From the NCBI RefSeq assembly GCF_018336915.1, contig NZ_CP064923.1, positions 60,001-92,000 of the forward strand: a DNA stretch of 32,000 nt, in the 5' to 3' direction. This stretch comes from Acaryochloris marina S15. GTDB taxonomy: Bacteria > Cyanobacteriota > Cyanobacteriia > Thermosynechococcales > Thermosynechococcaceae. Made by a program: the position numbers and the translations under genes. The stretch's first letter is position 1; each line of letters begins with the position of its first letter. Below are positions 14,729 through 23,574 of the stretch, piece by piece. A model generated the notes under the pieces. It made no database searches, had not been told where the DNA came from, and was given only the letters and a program-made list of their open reading frames with translations.

Positions 14729-16171
14729 TTACTGCTCATCCATGACATCCATTTGAGGTGGAGCATGATCGGCAGAGGTCTCTAGTCCCAAGCGTTTTTC
14801 TCGTAATTTCAACAAGATCTCGGCATGCACTTCCCGTGAAATGGGATAGAAATAGGCCAGCAGTAAGCCAATCAATAAAATTAAGGTGGGGAGGGGGCCA
14901 ATGGCAATCCGAATCGCTAGTAGGGCTGAATCGGGCTGTACCGGCAGTGCTTGCCCCGGCGTTGAGGAAATAAATCCGGTATTTTCCAAGGCGATTCCGA
15001 CGACAAATAGGCCCAATGCCAGACCCATTTTTTGGAGTAGCACCATAAACGCATAAAAGATGCCTTCCCGGCGCTCGCCTGTTTTCAGCTCATCTAGCTC
15101 AATCACATCAGGCAGCATGGACCAAGGAATCAGATAGGCGGTGGCTACCCCTACACCGGCCATCATACTCAGTAAATATAGACCGACAATCTGGCCGGGT
15201 TGGAGAAAGAATAACCCGCTTTGGGCAATAATCCACAGGGACATGCCCATGAAATAAACCATTCGCTTGCCGATTCTCTCACTGACATTGCTCCATACAA
15301 ACAACATGACGATGGCGACGACTTGAACGAGCAGGGCGACCTGAAAATAGGCATCCTGCTTCATCCAACTCGTGACGTAATAAGGAATAATGGCAGCCGT
15401 AAGTTGAAAGGCTAGCCAGGAACACATATAAATGCCAATGACGAATAAAAATGGGCGGTTAGATAACGCTATTTTTACCTGTTCCAGAACGGGCATGGCT
15501 TCAGGTATTTCAGCGGTATAGCGTTCTTCCGTTCCCCACACGCACCAATAGATGGGTAAGACCGATAAAATTGCACATCCTAGACCAATGACAAAATATT
15601 GCTGGCTGGGATCTTCGACCCATTGAGAGATGAGTATACCTAGTACCAAAGCTAGGATACTCCCACCGATGGAGAAGGCAAATCGAAAGCTGTTTAGACT
15701 GGTCCGTTCGTTATAATCCTGGGTTAATTCAGGTGTGAGGGCTGTATAGGGTAAATTCACCGCAGTGAATGCGATGTTAAAAAACACAGCAATCAGCGTG
15801 TAGTAAATAAATAAACCCCATTGATTGATCTCCGCATTGGCGGAAAAGTGAGGCACAACCCACTGCAAGACAAAAAATAAACCGAAGGGAATGGATCCAA
15901 ATAGCATCCAAGAATGACGGCGTCCCCACCGAGATTTTGTCCGATCGCTTAAGACCCCAATGATGGGATCGTTAATGGCATCACTGATTTTGCCAATTAA
16001 GAGAACAGTTCCTGCTAGACCTGGATTGAGACCAGCCACATTGGTGAGAAAGATGAGTAGCGAAAAAACCAGGAGTGTAGCCGTAATTCCTGGCCCCATA
16101 TCTCCTGCACCATAGGCCAACTTGGTCTTGAAACTTAATTTTCCAGAATCGGGAGATATGGGGTCATTCAT
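14729..16171 (-). CDS. MFS transporter, glycoside-pentoside-hexuronide (GPH):cation symporter family (MelB-like)
   Basis: KLAYGAGDMG...GKISDAINDPIIGVLSDRTKSRWGRRHSWMLFGSIPFG is the GPH signature region. Roughly 12 hydrophobic segments. Confidence 0.8.
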   Translation of the reverse strand: MNDPISPDSGKLSFKTKLAYGAGDMGPGITATLLVFSLLIFLTNVAGLNPGLAGTVLLIGKISDAINDPIIGVLSDRTKSRWGRRHSWMLFGSIPFGLFFVLQWVVPHFSANAEINQWGLFIYYTLIAVFFNIAFTAVNLPYTALTPELTQDYNERTSLNSFRFAFSIGGSILALVLGILISQWVEDPSQQYFVIGLGCAILSVLPIYWCVWGTEERYTAEIPEAMPVLEQVKIALSNRPFLFVIGIYMCSWLAFQLTAAIIPYYVTSWMKQDAYFQVALLVQVVAIVMLFVWSNVSERIGKRMVYFMGMSLWIIAQSGLFFLQPGQIVGLYLLSMMAGVGVATAYLIPWSMLPDVIELDELKTGERREGIFYAFMVLLQKMGLALGLFVVGIALENTGFISSTPGQALPVQPDSALLAIRIAIGPLPTLILLIGLLLAYFYPISREVHAEILLKLREKRLGLETSADHAPPQMDVMDEQ

Positions 16172-16302
16172 GGCGTTGCAAGATCATCTATGACCTCCAA
16201 TTGTGCCCTACTCCTTGTCCATTGCCATAACTTCTCATCAAAATCTCATCCAAGCTCTTCTGGAGAGTGGCCTACTGTACCTATTGGCAGGAGTGTTAAG
16301 CC

Positions 16303-16560
16303 TTAAAACTCTGTTTCATCTCCCAGTTCTTCGATTAGGAGTTCCATTTGGCCTTGTCGATCGGCTAAGAAGGCCTCACATTGGCGTAGATAAGTAATGG
16401 CGGCTGCAAAGCGCTCAAAGACATCGGCCAAATCCAACTGCCCCGTCTCAATTTCAGTGATAATCGTTTCGACTTCGCGGATGGTCTCTTCATACCGCCA
16501 GTCAGCGGGGAGTTCAGCCCCGCTTGGAGTAGTCGATGTATCGCTGTTACCTTGCATCAT
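16303..16560 (-). CDS. xseB: exodeoxyribonuclease VII small subunit
   Basis: YEETIREVETIITEIETGQLDLADVFERFAAAITYLRQCEAFL matches the XseB pattern. The start is ATG 16560 or 16557, overlapping the xseA 3' end by about 14 nt. Confidence 0.8.
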   Translation of the reverse strand: MMQGNSDTSTTPSGAELPADWRYEETIREVETIITEIETGQLDLADVFERFAAAITYLRQCEAFLADRQGQMELLIEELGDETEF

Positions 16561-17821
16561 CCGATTCCTGGGGTGAGGACTGCAACGCCGTGACACGAGC
16601 AGTAAAGTGGCCTTCTGCTAACTCTACCTTGAGTTCTTGATCGACCTGTAAATGTTCTGTACTCCGGACAATTTGATGGTCCGTGGTTTGGACGAGGGCA
16701 TATCCCCGTTTAAGAACTTGGGTGGGGTCTAGAGAAGTGAGCTGTTGCTGTAACAGCTGTTGATGCTGCTGAGCCTGTCCCAACCGCTGTTTGATGGTGT
16801 GGAGGAGATGGTTTTGTAATCGCGATCGCAATACCTGTTCCCGTTCCAACTGCCGATCCATCTGCAACCGCCGTAAGCGCGTTTTTTGATACAGCAAGTG
16901 CTCATGGGCCACATCGAGCTGGCGAGTGAGAGTGATATATAGGCGAGCAATAGAATTGCGATAATCCTTTTGCCAGTCTGTTAAGCGCGGAATACACTCA
17001 GCCGCTGCTGTAGGAGTATGGGCGCAAACATCTGCCACCAGGTCGGCCAGGGTCTCATCTCGCTGATGGCCAATGCCAGAAATAACGGGAATGGGGCATT
17101 CTGCAATCGCCCGCACCACCCGCTCATCATTAAAACAGACTAAGTCTTCTGTTGCGCCTCCACCTCTGGCCACAATCAAGACATCGGCTCTACCGTCCTT
17201 AATTACCCGTTCAATGGCCAGCACGATCGCTTCTGGTGCTTGTTTGCCCTGGACTTTAGTTGGTGAGAACAGCACCTTCAACCCGGGATGCTGGGCCTTC
17301 AGAGTGCGTTTGATATCACCCCAAGCCGCAGCTTGATGGGAGGTTACCACCCCGACCGTTTGGGGATAAGCAGGGAGGGCTTGCTTTTGAAGCGGATCAA
17401 AGAGGCCTTCAAGGGTTAAGCGTTCCCGGAGTTGCTGGTAGCGCAGGGAACGTAACCCTTCTCCAGCGGGAAATAATTGCCAGGCCATCAGCTGATACTG
17501 GCCCCGTTGTGGGTACAAGCGAATACGGCCTAAGGCCAGAATCTGCTCACCTACCTCCGGTTCAATGACGAGTTGCTCACAGTAGCTATTCCAAATCACA
17601 CAGTGAATGGAGACGGATTCCTGCTGATCCTGGAGGGTAAAAAAGAAGCCACTGCGATGTCGGACGGCGCTGGATACCTCTCCTTCCACCCAAACCTGGA
17701 CTAAGGTTTGATCTTCTTCGAGTAGTGCTTGAATATAATCCGTTAACCCTTTAACGGACAATACCTCAGGTGGAACTAATAAATTGGGCTGATAGGATGT
17801 CATCGCAGGTTTCTCGTTCAA
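16547..17821 (-). CDS. xseA: exodeoxyribonuclease VII large subunit
   Basis: An N-terminal OB-fold region (VWVEGEVS...SGFFFTLQD) is followed by the catalytic region ...VARGGGATEDLVCFNDE...PVISGIGHQRDETLADLVAD. Confidence 0.88.
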   Translation of the reverse strand: MNEKPAMTSYQPNLLVPPEVLSVKGLTDYIQALLEEDQTLVQVWVEGEVSSAVRHRSGFFFTLQDQQESVSIHCVIWNSYCEQLVIEPEVGEQILALGRIRLYPQRGQYQLMAWQLFPAGEGLRSLRYQQLRERLTLEGLFDPLQKQALPAYPQTVGVVTSHQAAAWGDIKRTLKAQHPGLKVLFSPTKVQGKQAPEAIVLAIERVIKDGRADVLIVARGGGATEDLVCFNDERVVRAIAECPIPVISGIGHQRDETLADLVADVCAHTPTAAAECIPRLTDWQKDYRNSIARLYITLTRQLDVAHEHLLYQKTRLRRLQMDRQLEREQVLRSRLQNHLLHTIKQRLGQAQQHQQLLQQQLTSLDPTQVLKRGYALVQTTDHQIVRSTEHLQVDQELKVELAEGHFTARVTALQSSPQESDDAR

Positions 17822-17880
17822 TCGATAGAACTATAGAGCAGACCATCCAGCTTTCTGTCCCCCATGACATCTGGTTTGAA

Positions 17881-19926
17881 TTAACCGCCAGGTTTGGGAA
17901 ACTTGCTGGGTGACTTAAAGTATTCCACCCGTTTATCCGCAAGCGCTTTACTCATGAAATCTCGCCAGACCGGTGCCGCATAGCTGCCTCCCGAGGCCCC
18001 TCTCCCCATGGGTGAATAGTTATCATTTCCGGCCCATACCGCTGTGGCTAATTGGGGTACATAGCCCACAAACCAAACATCTCGCTCAGAAGATGTGGTT
18101 CCCGTTTTACCTGCCGCCGGTCGGCCAATTTGGGCAGAGGTTCCTGTGCCGCCATTAATAACGGCCTGGAGGGACTGGGTTAAAGAGGCAGATGCCCATG
18201 GATCTAGGACTAATTTGGGCTGGGGGGTATTATCCAACAGCAACCGCCCACTGCTATCGGTGACTTGGGCAATGGCTGTGGTTTCGGATTGCCAGCCGTT
18301 ATTGGCAAACGTCGCATAGGCTGAAGCCATTTCTAGAGGGGTTAAGTCTACAGACCCTAAGGGGAGTGAAATTACAGGGGGGATGGGGCTTTTAATGCCC
18401 AATACCCGACAAATATCAATGACTTTCTCCACCCCGACCTTTTGGCCCAGAACAACGGCCGGAATATTCCGGGATGTGGCTAGGGCTTGTCGCAGAGACA
18501 TGGACCCTCCGTAGGTTTTGTCGTAGTTCAGGGGCGTATAGCCTCGTGCGGTCCCGTCATTAAAGGTGACCTTTTTGTCATTGATGATGCTGCTGGGGGT
18601 AAATTTTCCGGATGCAAAGGCGGCATAGAAGACAAAAGGCTTAAAGGCAGATCCCGGTTGGCGAATGGATTGGGTCGCTCGATTAAATTCACTTTTTTTG
18701 CTATCGACCCCCCCGACAATTGCCTTGATAAAGTGGGTGCGTGGATCAACCGCCACCAAAGCCATCTGATCGGCTGCATAGGAGATTCGCTGTTGTCCCC
18801 ATTTCACCGAATCTTCAGCAATTTCCTGCATCTTGATATCGATGGTGGTTTGAATCCGCATTCCCCCTTTACTCAGGGCATCTCGGCCAAACCGACGGGT
18901 CAATTCCTTAATCACTGTATTGGTGATGTAGGGAGAGCGGCTGACTTGGAAGGACGTTACCTTACCAAATTTCAGAGGGGTGTCTAACGCAGCTTGCTCT
19001 TCTTCTTCGGTAATCCAGGTCAGCTTTTTCATCCGATTGAGAACAACTGCCTGCCGCTGCTTGGCAATTTCTAAGGTTTCATCGGTTACGGAGTCAAAAT
19101 CGAAGGGGCTAAAGCTTTCAGGGGCCTGAATAATGCCCGCCATCATGGACGATTCTGCTAAGTTCAGATCGGATGACGATTTATTGAAATAGCTGCGGGC
19201 TGCGGTTTCAACGCCGTAGGTGTTATGTCCCCAATACACCTGATTGAGGTACATTTCTAAAATTTCATCTTTTTTGAACAGCTTCTCCAACCGCATGGCC
19301 AGAACGGCCTCTGCGACTTTCCGACCTAGCTCTCGCCTAGGGGTCAAAAACAAGTTTTTGACGAGCTGCATGGTTAAGGTGGAGGCACCCTGGACGGTTT
19401 CTCCGGCCTGGATGTTAGTGACCGTAGCCCGGAGGATACCGTAGGGATTAATCCCATCATGTTTATAGAAGTTGCTGTCTTCAATGGCTAACACGGCTAA
19501 CTTCAGATGGGGAGAAATATTGTCTAAGGGAACGACTTCACGGTTTTCTTCATCGTGAAGGCTCGCTAGAATTTTGCCGTTAATATCGTAAATATGGGTG
19601 GTTTCGTTGGGAATATACCCCTTTAAGGACCGTACATCCGGTAAATTGCGAAAGCTAATCGCGACCCCCATTAAGCTACCAGCCACGGCAGCACTGGCCA
19701 GCATAGTCGTGATCAGAATAGTGGAACCCGCTGCTTTGCCAATTCCCCCAATAAAACTGGTGCCTTTGGAAAAGCGGTTGGGGTTGTTGGGGCTGGCAGT
19801 TTGCGATAAAGACACAGCAGATTCACATCCTCTTTTGGAAAGTTTGAAACAATGGCCAGGGATCATACTAGCAATTTTGGCCCACAGGACTAGGCGGTCC
19901 AAGGGGATTGCTAGGGCAAGAGCCAT
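17881..19926 (-). CDS. class A penicillin-binding protein (bifunctional glycosyltransferase/transpeptidase); start codon uncertain
   Basis: GT51 motifs AVLAIEDSNFYKHDGINP and GASTLTMQLVKN. Transpeptidase motifs RQPGSAFKP and KTGTT. The alternative start is ATG 19866. Confidence 0.85.
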   Translation of the reverse strand: MALALAIPLDRLVLWAKIASMIPGHCFKLSKRGCESAVSLSQTASPNNPNRFSKGTSFIGGIGKAAGSTILITTMLASAAVAGSLMGVAISFRNLPDVRSLKGYIPNETTHIYDINGKILASLHDEENREVVPLDNISPHLKLAVLAIEDSNFYKHDGINPYGILRATVTNIQAGETVQGASTLTMQLVKNLFLTPRRELGRKVAEAVLAMRLEKLFKKDEILEMYLNQVYWGHNTYGVETAARSYFNKSSSDLNLAESSMMAGIIQAPESFSPFDFDSVTDETLEIAKQRQAVVLNRMKKLTWITEEEEQAALDTPLKFGKVTSFQVSRSPYITNTVIKELTRRFGRDALSKGGMRIQTTIDIKMQEIAEDSVKWGQQRISYAADQMALVAVDPRTHFIKAIVGGVDSKKSEFNRATQSIRQPGSAFKPFVFYAAFASGKFTPSSIINDKKVTFNDGTARGYTPLNYDKTYGGSMSLRQALATSRNIPAVVLGQKVGVEKVIDICRVLGIKSPIPPVISLPLGSVDLTPLEMASAYATFANNGWQSETTAIAQVTDSSGRLLLDNTPQPKLVLDPWASASLTQSLQAVINGGTGTSAQIGRPAAGKTGTTSSERDVWFVGYVPQLATAVWAGNDNYSPMGRGASGGSYAAPVWRDFMSKALADKRVEYFKSPSKFPKPGG

Positions 19927-20170
19927 CAGGCAACGTTAGCGGAATGAAGGCTCAAAATTGAGTTTGAGCATAGCTTACCATCCCTATTTAATGGCCTACT
20001 ATAATTTCCTTCGGTGCAAAAAAATTAATGTTATTTTGCATTCTGTGAACTATGACGGTTCCTAAGCTATTTCTGATGAGGAGCTGCGCTGCAATGGCAT
20101 ACTAGAATTTGCTTTTGAATGGCTGTATCTGCAGCTTCAGCCTTTATTAATCCTTACTTTCTCCGAACCT

Positions 20171-21385
20171 ATGGTAGATGCAGTGTCTTCGTTGCTCCAG
20201 CGGGGTGTTAGCGATATTTTCCCCAATAATGCTGATTCCCAGCAAGCGGATGATAATTTAGTCTATCGCTTGAAAACAGCGGATCAGCCGTTGCGCATCA
20301 AGCTGGGCATTGACCCGACGGGTACTGATCTCCATTTAGGCCATAGCCTGCCTATTCGTAAACTGCGGGCTTTTCAGGATTTAGGCCATAAAGCCGTGTT
20401 GATTATTGGAGATTTTACCGCTCGTGTGGGTGATCCAACGGGTAAGTCAGAGGTCCGCCGTCAGCTCACAGAAGCAGAGGTGCAGCACAATATTCAGACG
20501 TATCTAGATCAAATTAAGCCGATTTTAGATTTTGATACCCCCGATCGGCTGGAGGTTCGCTATAACTCGGAATGGTTGTCCAAAATCGATTTGGCGAAGA
20601 CTTTAGAACTACTGACCACCATGACCGTGGGGCAAATGCTGGCGAAGGAAGGATTCGCAGAACGCTACCAGCAGGGGACACCTGTCTATTTACATGAATT
20701 TTTATATCCTCTACTCCAGGGCTATGACTCGGTGGCTGTTGAGGCGGATGTGGAACTCGGGGGAACCGATCAGAAGTTCAATATTGCCATTGGTCGAGAT
20801 TTACAGCGACATTTTGGCCTGCGCCCACAGTTTGGTCTGTTAACTCCAATTCTGTTGGGGACAGATGGAGTACAAAAAATGTCTAAGTCTTTGAATAACT
20901 ATGTGGGCTTAGCTGAAGATGCGGTCAGTATGTACTCCAAGTTGGAGAAGACCCCTGATGCTTTGCTGTCCGAGTATTTCGAGCACCTAACAGACTTGCC
21001 CCTCAAAGAGCTACCCGAGAATCCTCGGGAGCAGCAGAAGCTGTTGGCCCATACCTTGGTGAGCCAGTATCACAGTGTTGCGATCGCAAATGAAACACAA
21101 CAATCCCTAGCAGCGATGGTGACCCAGGGAGATATGAGCCAAACCGATGTTATTCCTGAATATTCATTGGCAGAGGTTACCTTTCCTGCCAAGCTGTTCT
21201 ATTTGCTGAGTGCCAGCGGCTTGTGTTCCAGCAGTAGTGATGCCCGTCGCCAAATTAAGGGTGGAGCTGTGAAATTAGATGGCACTAAAATCACCGTGGT
21301 TGATCAAACCTACGACCAGCCAGACGATCTGATCGGGACTGTTTTACAGGTGGGCAAAAAGAAGTTTATTCGGTTTATCGCCTGA
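20171..21385 (+). CDS. tyrS: tyrosine--tRNA ligase
   Basis: HIGH-type motif DLHLGHS, a KMSKS motif ([10 protein letters not shown]), and a C-terminal S4-like domain ([13 protein letters not shown]). Confidence 0.9.
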   Translation: MVDAVSSLLQRGVSDIFPNNADSQQADDNLVYRLKTADQPLRIKLGIDPTGTDLHLGHSLPIRKLRAFQDLGHKAVLIIGDFTARVGDPTGKSEVRRQLTEAEVQHNIQTYLDQIKPILDFDTPDRLEVRYNSEWLSKIDLAKTLELLTTMTVGQMLAKEGFAERYQQGTPVYLHEFLYPLLQGYDSVAVEADVELGGTDQKFNIAIGRDLQRHFGLRPQFGLLTPILLGTDGVQKMSKSLNNYVGLAEDAVSMYSKLEKTPDALLSEYFEHLTDLPLKELPENPREQQKLLAHTLVSQYHSVAIANETQQSLAAMVTQGDMSQTDVIPEYSLAEVTFPAKLFYLLSASGLCSSSSDARRQIKGGAVKLDGTKITVVDQTYDQPDDLIGTVLQVGKKKFIRFIA

Positions 21386-21481
21386 GTAGGCACGGAAGTT
21401 TAGAGTCTTTGGTACAGACGTGGAGACCTCTTGCGATTCGAGCCAGACGATAAACTAGAGACATCCACTACGGGCGGTATC

Positions 21482-22057
21482 ATGCTGGCCATTGAATTAG
21501 ACTTGCAACCGGCTGATTTAGAACTCAGTGATGAACAGTTTTACCACCTTTGCCAAGGCAATCGAGATCTGCGCCTAGAACGAACCGCAACAGGAAAGTT
21601 AATCATTATGCCACCCACGGGATGGGGGACTGGAAACCGGAATTTAAGGCTCGGGCAACGGCTGGGCAACTGGGCAGATGAAGACGGAACCGGAATGGTG
21701 TTTGACTCCTCAACCGGGTTTCGGTTGCCTAACGGTGCGATTCGCTCGCCGGATGTGGCTTGGGTGCGCCAAGCTCGGTTAACAGCACTCAATCCTGATC
21801 CCAATCAGTTCTTGCCCCTCTGTCCTGATTTCGTGATTGAACTGCGTTCTGCTAATGACTCTCTCAGTAGTTTGCAAATCAAGATGCAAGAATATCTTGC
21901 TCAGGGGTTGCAATTAGGCTGGTTGATTAACCCCCAAGACCAGCAGGTTGAAATTTATCGGCCAGAGCAAGAGGTTGAAGTTCTACAAACTCCAGAATTT
22001 TTAAGGGGAGAAACCGTCTTGCCAAACTTGTGCTTATCATTAGCAGGCATTTTTTAG
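21482..22057 (+). CDS. Uma2 (DUF820) family putative endonuclease
   Basis: LSDEQFYHLCQGNRDLRLERTATGKLIIMPPTG...GNRNLRLGQRLGNW...RSPDVAWV...PDFVIELRS is the classic Uma2 pattern. ATG 21482 is preferred over the TTG at 21431. Confidence 0.8.
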   Translation: MLAIELDLQPADLELSDEQFYHLCQGNRDLRLERTATGKLIIMPPTGWGTGNRNLRLGQRLGNWADEDGTGMVFDSSTGFRLPNGAIRSPDVAWVRQARLTALNPDPNQFLPLCPDFVIELRSANDSLSSLQIKMQEYLAQGLQLGWLINPQDQQVEIYRPEQEVEVLQTPEFLRGETVLPNLCLSLAGIF

Positions 22058-22228
22058 AGAGTCATGCCTTAGATCATCTAGATCGTTCATTAGCATGTGT
22101 GAAAAAGCTGCTATATGCAACGCCATGTATAGACCTGGACTTGTTCGCTGCTTGACTATAGAACATGGCACTTAGGCAACATTGCTTGAACAGCTAGAAC
22201 TGTGGGGCCAGATAGGGTTCCCATGATT

Positions 22229-22248
22229 TCAATAATTAGAAATATTGA
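22229..22248. promoter_or_regulatory. AT-rich palindrome, Fur-box-like (TCAATAATTAGAAATATTGA)
   Basis: The arms TCAATAATT and AAATATTGA are near-symmetric (8/9 positions pair). It lies in the 355-nt gap upstream of the AraC gene. Confidence 0.3.
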
Positions 22249-22350
22249 GAACCAACTCTTCGAAGTTTTAGAAACACACGGCTTTGCAAGGGTGATTTCC
22301 CATGTCAACCAACAAAGGCGGCAATCACTCGGCTAGTAATTTTTCTCTCC

Positions 22351-22368
22351 TTAATGATAGTATTTCTC
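22351..22368. promoter_or_regulatory. Fur-box-like site upstream of the AraC regulator gene
   Basis: TTAATGATAGTATTTCTC matches 12 of 18 positions of ATAATGATAATCATTATC. It lies 45 nt upstream of ATG 22413. Confidence 0.4.
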
Positions 22369-22412
22369 AATAAGTTTTTAGATCCTAGCCGTACAAGGTT
22401 TGTTCCTTTTCC

Positions 22413-23402
22413 ATGTCACTATTGCTCTCCGTTCCAGACTTTATCAGTCAGCAAGACAATCAGGACCTCTTTGAAGAAATACGACAGCCATGGATCATTC
22501 CCTTAGAAGATCCAACTGGGCGTAGTTTTGGCTCTCGCTGGGGCGTTAACCTCCGTCCCGGTCTTGATATTTTGATTGATGATTACACGCTGCAAGAAGA
22601 TTTGACCGTTGAGATTGGGGCAGATGTCCCAGATGAACTGGCATGGCTGGAAATGAGCTTTATGCTCTCGGGACAGAACCGTAGCGAAGGGGTCCAGGCT
22701 CACCATAGTTTTTTTGATGCCGGTTGGGAAGAGGATACTGCAGAAGAACTCGCGTTATGGCAGGCGGGGGATCGAGTCTTCAAATTTGATTTTCATATTG
22801 AGAAGACTCTATTTCAAACACTGGTGGGTGAGCAGATACAAACTTTTCCACAATCTTTACAGCAAATTCTCCAAAGTTCACAGCCTATCTCTGAACAGTT
22901 TTGGCAGGTTTATACCATCACTGCACCGATGCAATCCGCGATTCACCAGCTCTTACATTGTCCCTACGAGGGATTAACTCGGTGGCTTTACTGGGAAAGT
23001 CGAATCACTGAACTGATTGCTCTGGGTTTAGACCAGATCAGTCAATCTCGGTCATGTTCTGTACCAGGGTTACCGGTTGAAGATTTAGATCGCATTTATT
23101 ACGCCAGCGACATCATGCGCCAGCGCTACGTTGATCCACCCTCATTATTTGAACTGGCGCGGTTAGTGGGACTGAACGATCGCAAACTCAAAGAAGGGTT
23201 TCGGCAGGTGTTTGGAACCACTGTCTTTGGCTATTTGAGTCAGCATCGGATGGAGACAGCCTGTCAATTGTTGCAGCAACAGCAGTCCGTTGCCGCAGTG
23301 GCTGCCGCCGTTGGCTATGCTAGCCCCACCGCATTTAGCGGTTCATTTCGACGGCAATTTGGAGTCTCTCCCAAGGGATATCAGTTAGGGAAGCGGCCTT
23401 GA
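22413..23402 (+). CDS. AraC-family transcriptional regulator, PchR-like (siderophore-responsive type)
   Basis: C-terminal double HTH (LARLVGLNDRKLKEGFRQVFGTTVFGYL...GYASPTAFSGSFRRQFGVSP). The N-terminal domain has the LYWESRITELIALGL pattern seen in PchR-type regulators. It sits next to a TonB-dependent receptor. Confidence 0.8.
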   Translation: MSLLLSVPDFISQQDNQDLFEEIRQPWIIPLEDPTGRSFGSRWGVNLRPGLDILIDDYTLQEDLTVEIGADVPDELAWLEMSFMLSGQNRSEGVQAHHSFFDAGWEEDTAEELALWQAGDRVFKFDFHIEKTLFQTLVGEQIQTFPQSLQQILQSSQPISEQFWQVYTITAPMQSAIHQLLHCPYEGLTRWLYWESRITELIALGLDQISQSRSCSVPGLPVEDLDRIYYASDIMRQRYVDPPSLFELARLVGLNDRKLKEGFRQVFGTTVFGYLSQHRMETACQLLQQQQSVAAVAAAVGYASPTAFSGSFRRQFGVSPKGYQLGKRP

Positions 23403-23421
23403 GGTGCGGTCTGCAGCAAAT

Positions 23422-23465
23422 AGTCCGGCTGGAAGAGAAAAAAAGTCCGACTGGAAGAGAAAAGG
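23422..23465. repeat. 22-bp tandem direct repeat (AGTCCGRCTGGAAGAGAAAARR); candidate binding site for the adjacent AraC-family regulator
   Basis: Units 23422-23443 and 23444-23465 differ at 3 positions. They lie between the AraC stop (23402) and the receptor start (23575). Confidence 0.85.
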
Positions 23466-23574
23466 ATCGCCTCCACTTTGTAACTTAATAAGGACTTAGT
23501 TGCTAACAACTCTTATCTAGAGGGTCTCAGTACCTGGTGAGTTATGCATCTGTTCGAGCAAAGTGGTGTGGTCA

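Noticed and set aside
19990-20170. T-box riboswitch leader for tyrS.
   Set aside because: No T-box consensus (…GGGTGGTACCGCG-like) or specifier-loop architecture is visible, and I do not expect this mechanism in cyanobacteria.
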